Positions 37,772-47,044 are shown, counted from the first letter of the stretch. The stretch: 64,000 bases of DNA from an uncultured Candidatus Melainabacteria bacterium (GCA_934728585.1 CAKVDZ010000008.1:4559-68558); one strand, 5' to 3'. Translations and numbers: made by a program. The notes: a model not told the origin generated them from the letters alone.

Positions 37772-38395
37772 CTAGTTAACCTCATCAATACCTTTTTTGG
37801 TAAACTGTAAAAAACTACCAATCAAATTTTCGTTCCAAACTTTTACATCTTTTGGAACATTTAATATACACGGAGTGAAATTCCATATGTATTTAATTCC
37901 AGCATCTGCAAGAAAATCTGCCGATTCTTGAGCATATTTTCTAGGAACAGTTAAAATTGCAAAGTTAACGTTCAATCTACGAACTAAATCAGGAAGCTTG
38001 TTAATTTGAAAAACTTCTTTGTTGTTAATTGTTATACCTACTTTTATAGGGTCAACATCAAACATAGCAAGAATATTCAAGCCATAATTTGCAAAACTAT
38101 CATACTTTGCAAGCGCAGAACCCAAATTACCAGCTCCGATGATAAATACATCTTTAGTTTTTGAAAAACCAAGAGTTTTTTCGATAGAAAGTCTTAACTC
38201 TTTAATGTTATATCCAACTCTACATTTACCAGTATTATTCAAGAATTTGATATCTTTTCTAACTTGAGAATCATCAATATTCAATAAATCTGCAATTTGC
38301 GTACTTGATATAAATTCAACAGAATCCTCATCAAAATCGTCTAAAATATAATGATACAAAGTAAGTCTGTTAATAACTTTATCTGGAATATCCAT
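37772..38395 (-). CDS. rex: Redox-sensing transcriptional repressor Rex
   Basis: IPDKVINRLTLYHYIL, SSTQIADLL...SQVRKDIKF, IIGAGNLGSALAKY Rossmann motif. Confidence 0.85.
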   Translation of the reverse strand: MDIPDKVINRLTLYHYILDDFDEDSVEFISSTQIADLLNIDDSQVRKDIKFLNNTGKCRVGYNIKELRLSIEKTLGFSKTKDVFIIGAGNLGSALAKYDSFANYGLNILAMFDVDPIKVGITINNKEVFQINKLPDLVRRLNVNFAILTVPRKYAQESADFLADAGIKYIWNFTPCILNVPKDVKVWNENLIGSFLQFTKKGIDEVN

Positions 38396-38410
38396 TTTAA
38401 AAACCTCATT

Positions 38411-38450
38411 TAAAAAATGAGAGGATAAGCCACAAAAAGCCTATCCTCTC
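38411..38450 (-). terminator. Terminator between adhE and rex
   Basis: gagaggata / tatcctctc stem, followed on the minus strand by ATTTTTT. Confidence 0.65.
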
Positions 38451-38464
38451 ACGTAATTTTTATA

Positions 38465-41164
38465 TTAAACTACACCATTGAAAGCATCAATGTAGATTTT
38501 CTTGATATCTGACATCAATGGGTAAGCTGGGTTAGCACCTGTACATTGGTCGTCGAATGCTAATTCAACTAATTCGTCAAGGTGTTCATTCCAGTATTCT
38601 TTAGTGAAGCCCGCTTTTGTAATGAATTCTTCAATTGAGTTTGGTAAATTGATAGCTTTCATTAATTTATCAATAGCTTTAATTAATAATTTAACTTTTT
38701 CGTCATCATTTTTACCGCCTAATTGTAATTCATCAGCGATTTGACCATATTTAGCTTTCGCACATGGATATTTGTATTGTGGGAAGATTGCTTGTTTGTG
38801 AGGTGCATCTGAAGCATTGTATTTGATGATTTGTCTAATTAACAATGCGTTAGCAACACCGTGTGGAACATGGTACATAGCACCAAGTTTGTGAGCCATA
38901 GAGTGACATAATCCTAAGAATGAGTTAGCAAATGCCATACCAGCGATTGTAGCTGCATAGTGCATTTTTTCTCTAGCGATAGGATCGTTAGCACCTTCGT
39001 TGTAGCTTCTTTCCAAGTATTTGAATACTAATTTTGTTGCTTCTAAAGCATTTGAATTAGTAAAGTTTGTAGCCATACAAGATACGTAAGCCTCAACTGC
39101 GTGAACTAATGCGTCAATACCTGATGCAGAAGTTAAGCCTTTTGGCATACCATCAACGAAGTTAGGGTCGATGATAGCCATATTTGGAGTTAAAGCGTAA
39201 TCTGCGATTGCGTATTTAACGTGAGTTTCGTCATCTGTAATGATAGCAAATGGTGTAACTTCAGAACCTGTACCAGAAGTTGTTGGGATAGCAACCATAG
39301 TAGCTTTTTTACCTAATTCTGGTAATTGACAAATTCTCTTTCTAATATCCATAAATCTCATAGAGATATCTTCGAATACTGTGTCTGGTTGTTCATACAT
39401 TAACCACATAATTTTAGCTGCGTCCATTGGAGAACCACCACCTAATGAGATGATTACATCTGGTTCAAATGGTTTCAAGATAGACATTGCTTGATTAATT
39501 GTTGACAATGTTGGATCTGGTTTAACGTCGAAGAATACTTGGTGTTCAATACCGATTTCATCTAAAACGTTAGTAATTTTATTAACTGCACCTGAATTGT
39601 ATAAGAAACTATCAGTTACGATAAATGCACGTTTTTTACCTTGTAATTCTCTTAAAGCTAGGTCAGTAGCACCTCTCTTGAAGTAGATTTTAGCTGGAGC
39701 CTTAAACCATAACATATTTTCTCTCCTTTCAGCTACAGTTTTGTAGTTTAGTAAATGTTCAACACCAACGTTACCAGAAACGGCGTTACCACCCCAAGAA
39801 CCGCAACCTAATGTTAATGATGGTTCAAGTTTGAAGTTGAATAAGTCACCGATACCACCTTGAGATGATGGAGAGTTGATTAATACACGGCAAGTTGGCA
39901 TTTTTTCAGCGTATGCATTAATTCTTTCGCTTTTTCTTTCGTCTGTGTACAATACAGATGTGTGACCAGCGCCACCTTTGCTTACTAATTCATAAGCCAT
40001 TTCAGCAGCTTGTTCATAGTTTTTAGCTTTGTACATAGCTAAGATTGGAGATAATTTTTCTCTTGAGAATGGGTCATTCCAATCTACTTCAGGTCTTTCA
40101 ACTAAAAGAATTTTAGCATCTTCTGGAGTTTTGAAACCAGATAATTCAGCGATTTTGTGAGCTGATTGACCAACAATTGCTGGGTGAGCAGTACCTCTAG
40201 CAGGATCAATAAATGGTAAATCTACCATTTTCTTTTGTTCTGCTTTGTTTACAAGGTAAGCACCACGGTATAAAAATTCTTTTTTAACTTCTTCGTAAAC
40301 ATCTTCAACAACTACAACTGATTGTTCTGAAGCACAAATCATACCGTTGTCGAATGTTTTTGACATAAGGATTGAAGAAACTGCCATTTTAATATCAGCT
40401 GTTTCATCAATAACTGCAGATGTGTTACCAGGACCTACACCTAATGCTGGGTTTCCAGATGAGTAAGCAGCTTTAACCATTCCAGGACCACCTGTTGCCA
40501 AGATACAATCAATTTTAGGGTGTTTCATCAAAGCGCTTGATAATTCAATTGATGGAACGTCAATCCAACCGATGATATCTCTTGGAGCACCAGCTTTAAC
40601 AGCAGCATCTAAAACTAATTTAGCAGCTGCAATTGTTGATTTAGTTGCTCTTGGGTGAGGTGAGAAGATAATTGCGTTTCTTGTTTTCAAAGCAATTAAT
40701 GATTTGAAGATTGCTGTTGAAGTTGGGTTAGTAGTTGGAATAATACCAGCTAAAACACCTAAAGGTTCTGCTACGATTTTTGTACCGTTTGCTTTATCTT
40801 CTTTGATAATACCGCAAGTTTTAACATTTTTGTGTTTGTTATAAATATATTCAGAAGCAAAGTGGTTTTTGATAATTTTATCTTCTAAAACACCCATACC
40901 AGTTTCTTCTATAGCCATACGAGCTAGAGGGATACGAGCTTTGTCAGCTGCTGTAGCTGCTGCTTTGAAGATTTTATCCACTTGTTCTTGTGTAAAGTGT
41001 GAATAAATTTCTTGAGCTTTATGAACTCTGTCAATTAAAGCTTCGAAAGATTCAACACTGTCTACTAAATTAGACGCATTGTATGCTTTTTCTAATTTTT
41101 CAACATCATTTTGTTTGTTTGAAGACTTTTTAGATGTAGTCTTTTTTGTTGTTGTTTTTGGCAT
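38465..41164 (-). CDS. adhE: Bifunctional acetaldehyde-CoA / alcohol dehydrogenase
   Basis: 899 aa. The ALDH half (IIKNHFASEYIYN, MICASEQS) plus the Fe-ADH half (GGGSPMDAAK, HSMAHKLG). A Lys/Thr-rich N-terminal extension of about 35 aa. Confidence 0.95.
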   Translation of the reverse strand: MPKTTTKKTTSKKSSNKQNDVEKLEKAYNASNLVDSVESFEALIDRVHKAQEIYSHFTQEQVDKIFKAAATAADKARIPLARMAIEETGMGVLEDKIIKNHFASEYIYNKHKNVKTCGIIKEDKANGTKIVAEPLGVLAGIIPTTNPTSTAIFKSLIALKTRNAIIFSPHPRATKSTIAAAKLVLDAAVKAGAPRDIIGWIDVPSIELSSALMKHPKIDCILATGGPGMVKAAYSSGNPALGVGPGNTSAVIDETADIKMAVSSILMSKTFDNGMICASEQSVVVVEDVYEEVKKEFLYRGAYLVNKAEQKKMVDLPFIDPARGTAHPAIVGQSAHKIAELSGFKTPEDAKILLVERPEVDWNDPFSREKLSPILAMYKAKNYEQAAEMAYELVSKGGAGHTSVLYTDERKSERINAYAEKMPTCRVLINSPSSQGGIGDLFNFKLEPSLTLGCGSWGGNAVSGNVGVEHLLNYKTVAERRENMLWFKAPAKIYFKRGATDLALRELQGKKRAFIVTDSFLYNSGAVNKITNVLDEIGIEHQVFFDVKPDPTLSTINQAMSILKPFEPDVIISLGGGSPMDAAKIMWLMYEQPDTVFEDISMRFMDIRKRICQLPELGKKATMVAIPTTSGTGSEVTPFAIITDDETHVKYAIADYALTPNMAIIDPNFVDGMPKGLTSASGIDALVHAVEAYVSCMATNFTNSNALEATKLVFKYLERSYNEGANDPIAREKMHYAATIAGMAFANSFLGLCHSMAHKLGAMYHVPHGVANALLIRQIIKYNASDAPHKQAIFPQYKYPCAKAKYGQIADELQLGGKNDDEKVKLLIKAIDKLMKAINLPNSIEEFITKAGFTKEYWNEHLDELVELAFDDQCTGANPAYPLMSDIKKIYIDAFNGVV

Positions 41165-41208
41165 TTTGTATATCTCCTTTTAAATCGTGATTGATTTCCT
41201 TATTCAAC

Positions 41209-41238
41209 AGTATAAAATAATATTAAGTGTTTTGTCAA
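41209..41238 (-). promoter_or_regulatory. Near-consensus sigma-70 promoter of adhE
   Basis: On the minus strand: TTGACA, 18 nt spacer, TATACT, about 45 nt upstream of the ATG. RBS AAGGAG. Confidence 0.65.
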
Positions 41239-41273
41239 CCCTTATTATTCTTTTTATTTTACAATAGTTAACA

Positions 41274-41291
41274 TAGTGAATTTTGTCACGA
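41274..41291. promoter_or_regulatory. Candidate Rex operator
   Basis: TAGTGAATTTTGTCACGA matches the generalized Rex consensus TTGTGAA-N4-TTCACAA at 11 of 14 specified positions. It lies upstream of the -35 box. Confidence 0.35.
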
Positions 41292-41322
41292 TTAATCGGG
41301 AAATATAGTTATAATCTAATAA

Positions 41323-41997
41323 CTATCCCTCTCTTTTAATTCTTTTTGCTAAATATAAAAATGGAGTATCAAGTAAAGCAATAATAATTTTAATTATATA
41401 TGTTGTTATAAACAATTGGAAAACAACTTCTTTTGAAAAAACACCTGCAAATCCAATATACGTAAACATCGCAGTATCAAACAATTGACTTAAGCAAGTT
41501 GCTCCGTTGTTACGGACCCACAAAAATTTATCAGATGGCAATATATTTCTAATAAATTTATATAAATATACGTCCATCATATTTGACACAAAGTACGCAG
41601 ACATACTCGCAAAGCATATTCTAGGAGTTATTGTAAATAAAGTTTTCATCGCTTCGCCTGCAAAATCTGCTTCGTTTGAAATGTAATGTAAGTCAATTTG
41701 AGTAATTATCGTAAAAACTAATAGTGCAAAAAATCCCAAATAAACACTCTTTTGAGCTTCTTCAACTCCATATTTTTCGTTCAAAATATCCGTTGCAAGA
41801 AAAATTGAGCCATAGGTAACGTTACCTAAAGTTAGCGCCATACCAAAGATATCAACACATTTTAGAACTTCAACATTTGCCGTAATTGTTGCAAGCGCAA
41901 TCCACGCAAAAATACCGATTTTTCCGAAAAACTTGTATGCGAAAATTACACCAGCAAAATTCACTATAATTGTTATAAAAAATAATGCTTCATTCAT
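41323..41997 (-). CDS. Queuosine-precursor transporter (YhhQ/VUT family)
   Basis: 224 aa polytopic; GSIFLATDILNEKYG matches the YhhQ signature region. Confidence 0.7.
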   Translation of the reverse strand: MNEALFFITIIVNFAGVIFAYKFFGKIGIFAWIALATITANVEVLKCVDIFGMALTLGNVTYGSIFLATDILNEKYGVEEAQKSVYLGFFALLVFTIITQIDLHYISNEADFAGEAMKTLFTITPRICFASMSAYFVSNMMDVYLYKFIRNILPSDKFLWVRNNGATCLSQLFDTAMFTYIGFAGVFSKEVVFQLFITTYIIKIIIALLDTPFLYLAKRIKREG

Positions 41998-42698
41998 TAG
42001 TTATTCCTAGCCTCTAAAATCTTTTCAATTTCATCAAAATCTATCGGTTCATCAATGTCAATTGATTGATTTACAACATAAACCATCGGTTTTTTACCAA
42101 TAAAATCATTCACCTCACGCATAACATCTGTTTTGCATATATAAACAGAACCTGTTTCGCGATACATTGGATAATGGCGGTGTTCATCTTGTCGACGAGG
42201 TCTTGTACGAGAATCATACAAAGGTTCAAAATTCTCTGTATTCGGAATTTGTCGCCACAAAGAGTGCGTTGTTCCAATATCTAATACCGCAAATACTGAA
42301 TCATGACCTTTTCCCAAACTTTCAAAATAACATTCTAAAACTTTATCTAGTCTTTTAGAATCCCTCAAAGGGCAAGTTGGTTGCAACAATACAACTGCGT
42401 CTGGCTCATAATTCTCTTTTTCTTTTAAATAATCTAGCACGTGAATAAGTACAGGAATTGTCATTGTTGTATCTTGCGCCAATTCGATTGGTCTATCTAT
42501 AACCTCACAACCGTATTCTAATGCAACTTTTTTAACATTTTCAGCCTCAGTTGAAAGCACTGTTCGAGTTACATACTTTGAATTTTGACCTGCTTCAATT
42601 GAATAATAAATCAAAGGTTTTCCAGCCAACATTTTTATATTTTTATTAGGAATTCCTTTTGAACCGCCTCTTGCAGGTATAATTGCTAAAATTTCCAT
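41997..42698 (-). CDS. Acylneuraminate (CMP-sugar) cytidylyltransferase family protein
   Basis: ILAIIPARGGSKGIPNKNIKMLAGKPLI. Confidence 0.8.
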   Translation of the reverse strand: MEILAIIPARGGSKGIPNKNIKMLAGKPLIYYSIEAGQNSKYVTRTVLSTEAENVKKVALEYGCEVIDRPIELAQDTTMTIPVLIHVLDYLKEKENYEPDAVVLLQPTCPLRDSKRLDKVLECYFESLGKGHDSVFAVLDIGTTHSLWRQIPNTENFEPLYDSRTRPRRQDEHRHYPMYRETGSVYICKTDVMREVNDFIGKKPMVYVVNQSIDIDEPIDFDEIEKILEARNN

Positions 42699-42709
42699 TC
42701 ATTATTTCC

Positions 42710-43852
42710 TTAAAAGTTTTTCATCAATTCTATAAGTTTTTTGTGCATTTCTACGTTGTGAACGCGCAAAAAATCAATATTTCGCTCAATTGCTAATGAA
42801 CTCAATGCTGTTGTATAGATATCCTTAACCTCATTTGACTCATCTTTCATATCTAACAAAGATTTTCTTGAAATACCAAGCATAATTTCACAGCCAAGCG
42901 ATTTAAATTCCTCAATTCGACGAATTAATTCAAAGTTATGCGCTTTTGTTTTACCAAAACCGATTCCGACATCAATAATAATATTATCCTTGTTAATTCC
43001 TTTTTCTTCTGCCATTTCAATTTTATTTTTTAAAGCAAAATAAATCTCATCAACTACATTTTCGTAAGTTGGTTTGACTTGCATAGTTTCAGGATTACCT
43101 TGTGAATGTTGAATTATAACCTTTTTACCTGAATTTGCGATAACTTCAATCATTTTTTTGTCGTAATCAAAACCCGAAACATCATTAATTATTGTTGCAC
43201 CCAAATCTATTGTCCTTTGAGCAACGGCACTTGAACGCGTATCAATACTTATCGGAACGTTAATATTATTTTTATGTATGTATAATAGTATAGGTTCAAT
43301 TTTTTCTAATTGTTCTTCTGCACTTACTGCTTTAGAGAAAGGTTTTGTACTTTCTGCCCCTATATCAATAACATCTGCACCTTCTTCAATTAGTTTATGC
43401 AAATGTTCAATAGCGTTATCAAAATCATAAAATTGTCCGCCATCAGAAAATGAGTTTTGTGTAACATTCAAAATCCCCATTAATTTTGGCACAACCTTTT
43501 GTTCAGGTTTTAACATTTCATCTAAAATATCTGCCAATTTTTTCATAGAAAAAGGTTGATTTCTTAATTTTTCAGCAATATTTTTGATTTGAGAAAAACT
43601 ACCTCCTAAAATACAATCAGTTTTTTCAACTTGAGCTGTTAAAATATCTCTGTGTACTGCACAATCAGCACCTACAGTAAGCGCAGTTTGCTTTAAAATA
43701 TTTGCTTGTGGTAGTGACAAATCAAAAATTTTCAAATCTAAGTACCGATATTTTTTTTGAGCAATACTTAGATATGATTTATCAAAACCAATATTTTCTA
43801 ATTCTTTTTCTATATCATTAATATCAACTTTTTTTACGACGAATTTATTCAT
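42710..43852 (-). CDS. folP: Dihydropteroate synthase with an N-terminal extra domain of about 125 aa
   Basis: GILNVTQNSFSDGG, DIGAEST, INDVSG, GISRKS. The ORF track start at 43897 would run through the upstream terminator, so MNKF at 43852 is preferred. Confidence 0.88.
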   Translation of the reverse strand: MNKFVVKKVDINDIEKELENIGFDKSYLSIAQKKYRYLDLKIFDLSLPQANILKQTALTVGADCAVHRDILTAQVEKTDCILGGSFSQIKNIAEKLRNQPFSMKKLADILDEMLKPEQKVVPKLMGILNVTQNSFSDGGQFYDFDNAIEHLHKLIEEGADVIDIGAESTKPFSKAVSAEEQLEKIEPILLYIHKNNINVPISIDTRSSAVAQRTIDLGATIINDVSGFDYDKKMIEVIANSGKKVIIQHSQGNPETMQVKPTYENVVDEIYFALKNKIEMAEEKGINKDNIIIDVGIGFGKTKAHNFELIRRIEEFKSLGCEIMLGISRKSLLDMKDESNEVKDIYTTALSSLAIERNIDFLRVHNVEMHKKLIELMKNF

Positions 43853-43870
43853 ATAAAGCATTTTAGCATA

Positions 43871-43910
43871 AAAAAAGAGAGCGGACATCATAGTCATTGT
43901 CCGACTCTCT
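43871..43910 (-). terminator. Rho-independent terminator after 43934..44293
   Basis: gagagcggaca / tgtccgactctc stem with a T tract on the minus strand. Confidence 0.7.
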
Positions 43911-43933
43911 TTTCTTATCTAGATTTTTATTAA

Positions 43934-44293
43934 TTACTTAGTAATTGTTGATACAGTAGTTGCAGCGCTTGCAAGGTTCGTACAGAAAGCAGTGAAACTA
44001 CCAAAAATATCTGCTACTTTTTTGCCAACTTTTGAATTTGCAGCATCAGCAATTGGTTTAAGAGCTTTATTTTCTTCTGCTGCTTTTGCTAAATTAGAAG
44101 TTACAGCATCTGAATAAGCTACAGAATCAGTTTCCATATTTTTCTTAAATTCGTCAGTACCTTCTTTCAAGTTAGTAACTGTTTCCATCGCTTTTTGAGT
44201 TTTTTCAATAGCGTCCATAGCTGTAAGGTTTTTTAAACCTGCGATAGCATCATTACCTCTGAATGAAACACTTGATATAGGACTAATCATCAT
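43934..44293 (-). CDS. Hypothetical Ala/Lys-rich helical protein
   Basis: 119 aa. The N-terminus MMISPISSVSFRGN is shared in pattern with the upstream gene. Confidence 0.55.
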   Translation of the reverse strand: MMISPISSVSFRGNDAIAGLKNLTAMDAIEKTQKAMETVTNLKEGTDEFKKNMETDSVAYSDAVTSNLAKAAEENKALKPIADAANSKVGKKVADIFGSFTAFCTNLASAATTVSTITK

Positions 44294-44324
44294 TTTAGAA
44301 CTTACCTCCTAAACACACTTTTGA

Positions 44325-44957
44325 TTAAAAATCGTCTTCGTTAACGTTATAATCACCAGAATTGCTTCCACTTGTATTATAACTACTTCCACTTGCATTG
44401 TCAACAGCATTGTCAACTAAATTTTCAGTGCTGTCAGAAACTTGTTTTTTAACAAGTCCAAAATCTTTCATAGCAACACCAATAGCTGCACCGCCTGCAA
44501 TAGTGTTAACTACAACCTTTTGAATTTTTTCTGTCAAAACTTTTGACTTTTCAAACTTTTCTGCTAATTTCGTAGCTTTTTCTGCTAATTTTGTTGCTTC
44601 TTCACCTGTTTTTTCTGCAGCTTTTTTATTCAAAGCTTCAATCGCTTTTTGAGTTGCAGAATTTGTATATTTACCAACAGTACTTGAAATCATGTCAGCG
44701 GCTTTGCCTAAACAAATCTTAGTTGCAGTAAAAGCAACTACTACACCAATAGCCTTAGAAGCGAATTTACCTAATTTACCGATAATTCCACCTTGTTCAC
44801 CAGCTTGTTCTGACATTCTTCTAAATTCATCTTGTTTAGCCTTTAATGCTTCTAAATCTGGAGCATCACCTTTAAAAGATATGTTTGAATTTGCTTTTCT
44901 ATTCGCTGTTACTAAATTTTGAGCTAAATTAATTGAATTAACTGGCATGATTACCAC
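44325..44957 (-). CDS. Hypothetical Ala/Lys-rich helical protein with hydrophobic segments
   Basis: 210 aa. Features: NSNISFKGD, the tandem heptad ATKLAEK x2 and an acidic Ser-rich tail. Confidence 0.55.
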   Translation of the reverse strand: MVIMPVNSINLAQNLVTANRKANSNISFKGDAPDLEALKAKQDEFRRMSEQAGEQGGIIGKLGKFASKAIGVVVAFTATKICLGKAADMISSTVGKYTNSATQKAIEALNKKAAEKTGEEATKLAEKATKLAEKFEKSKVLTEKIQKVVVNTIAGGAAIGVAMKDFGLVKKQVSDSTENLVDNAVDNASGSSYNTSGSNSGDYNVNEDDF

Positions 44958-45232
44958 ACAAATATAAATACCTACATCATTATAAAGTCCCGAAAAGCAT
45001 GATTTTTGCTATTTTTTGAGAAAATATTATATTTTTTGTTACATACCTTTACAAAAACATTTTAAGAATATTTTTTTAAATTTGTAACAAAGCTATACAA
45101 AATTTATCACATTTGCAACATTTTTTTTTCTTTTATGCTATAAATATATAAAGGAAAAATTGTTCGTTAAATACAATTACCCTGTGATAAACACGATAAA
45201 GTCAATTATAAATAAGGATACGGAGGCATTTT

Positions 45233-46960
45233 ATGTCAGTAGGACAATTTGTTTTTATGTTACACAGTCATTTGCCATATTATCGCAAAGCTGGTATGTG
45301 GCCATTCGGTGAAGAAAATTTATACGAATGTATGGCTGAAACTTACGTACCACTTCTTGATGCAATTTCAGAATTGTACGAAGAAGATGGTATCAAAGCT
45401 AAATTAACAGTGGGTATCACTCCAATTTTAGCCGAACAATTAAACGACAAACATTTACAAGATGGTTTTGTTGAATATATGGATACAAGAATCAAATCAG
45501 CATCAGAAGATGTTGAAAGATATCCTGATCCAGAAGTTGAAAATTCAGAACACTTAAGCTACTTAGCAAACTTCTGTTTCAACCACTTATCAAAAATCAA
45601 AGACCATTTTGTAAATCGCTACAACAAAGATTTAATTTCAGCATTCAAAAAATATCAAGATTTAGGTTGTATTGAAATTACAACATCAGGTGCAACTCAC
45701 GGATTTTCGCCATTACTTGCAACTGACAACAACTTGAACGCTCAATTCAAAGTTGGTTCTGATACTACAAAACGCTTATTTGGTAAAAAAGCAAAAGGTG
45801 CTTGGCTACCTGAATGTGCATACAGACAAGGTTACCAATACATCGGTAAAGACGGCGAAAAGAAATGGCGTCCAGCTATTGAAGTAACTTTACAAAACAA
45901 TGATATTCAATACTTCTTTACTGAATCACACGTTATTGAGGGCGGTAACTCTATCGGAAACAGACGTGTAATCGGCCCTTACGGTAATATTGAATATATT
46001 CCACTTCCAGAACGTGAAGCTACAGGCTATGACACATACTCAGCTTACTGGTTACCAGATGCACAAGTTGCAGTTATGGGTAGAAATGACAAAGCTGGCT
46101 ACCAAGTTTGGTCTGCAGCTGATGGTTACCCTGGTGATGGCGTATATAGAGAATTTCATAAAAAAGACGATAAATCAGGCATGCACTATTGGAGAATAAC
46201 ATCTTCTACAACTGATTTAGGCGACAAAATGCTTTACGACCCTGTTTTAGCATTCAACAAAATCAATGAAAACTCTGACCACTATACAACAATGCTTTAC
46301 CACTTGTTGAACGATTACAAAAATTCTCACAATGGTAAAGAGGGCTTAGTAATGGTATCATTCGATACAGAATTATTCGGTCACTGGTGGTTCGAGGGGG
46401 TTGAGTTCATTAAACAAGTAGTTAAAAAATTAAACACATACTTAAAAGATGATATTCAAATGATGACAGCAGGTGAATACTTAGAAGCTCACCCACCAAA
46501 AGAAGCTATTCAAATCCCTGAAAGTTCTTGGGGTGCTGGCGGACACTTCTATGTATGGATGAACCACTTAACTGAATGGATGTGGCCAATTATCCACTCT
46601 TGCGAAAAACGTATTACTGATATTGCATCTAGATATGAAGAAAAACCATCTGACAAATTGCTATTAAGAGCTTTAGCTCAATTATCAAGAGAAAACTTGT
46701 TACTTCAATCTTCAGATTGGCCTTTCTTAATCACAACATGGCAAGCTAAAGATTACGCTACAGATAGATTTAGAGAACACGTTGACAGATTTGAAACAAT
46801 CGCTGATATGATTGATTCAGGAAACATCGACGAAGCTAAACTTCACGAAATCGAAGATATTGACAACTGCTTCCCTGATATCGACTACAGAGTATATCTT
46901 CCAATCGAGGAGGGTGTAATTCCTCAACAAGCAACAAAACTTGCTCCATTATATAAATAA
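45233..46960 (+). CDS. GH57-family 1,4-alpha-glucan branching enzyme
   Basis: FVFMLHSHLPYYRKAGMWPFGEE, GCIEITTSGATHGF, FDTELFGHWWFEG. Confidence 0.85.
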   Translation: MSVGQFVFMLHSHLPYYRKAGMWPFGEENLYECMAETYVPLLDAISELYEEDGIKAKLTVGITPILAEQLNDKHLQDGFVEYMDTRIKSASEDVERYPDPEVENSEHLSYLANFCFNHLSKIKDHFVNRYNKDLISAFKKYQDLGCIEITTSGATHGFSPLLATDNNLNAQFKVGSDTTKRLFGKKAKGAWLPECAYRQGYQYIGKDGEKKWRPAIEVTLQNNDIQYFFTESHVIEGGNSIGNRRVIGPYGNIEYIPLPEREATGYDTYSAYWLPDAQVAVMGRNDKAGYQVWSAADGYPGDGVYREFHKKDDKSGMHYWRITSSTTDLGDKMLYDPVLAFNKINENSDHYTTMLYHLLNDYKNSHNGKEGLVMVSFDTELFGHWWFEGVEFIKQVVKKLNTYLKDDIQMMTAGEYLEAHPPKEAIQIPESSWGAGGHFYVWMNHLTEWMWPIIHSCEKRITDIASRYEEKPSDKLLLRALAQLSRENLLLQSSDWPFLITTWQAKDYATDRFREHVDRFETIADMIDSGNIDEAKLHEIEDIDNCFPDIDYRVYLPIEEGVIPQQATKLAPLYK

Positions 46961-46983
46961 TAATATTTATTTAAAATAACAAA

Positions 46984-47019
46984 GGCGGACTGAATATAAA
47001 ATTTTCAGTCCGCCTTTTT
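46984..47019 (+). terminator. Rho-independent terminator
   Basis: ggcggactgaa / ttcagtccgcc stem followed by TTTTT. Confidence 0.85.
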
Positions 47020-47044
47020 GTCCAACATTTTACATATTAAGCAT

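Noticed and set aside
38396-38464. A Rex autoregulatory box upstream of rex.
   Set aside because: The 69-nt gap is almost entirely occupied by the adhE terminator hairpin. No GTGAA-N-TCAC-like palindrome is present.
44557-44598. A 21-nt tandem direct repeat (two copies) as a possible CRISPR-like or regulatory repeat.
   Set aside because: It lies inside a coding region and simply encodes the duplicated heptad ATKLAEK.
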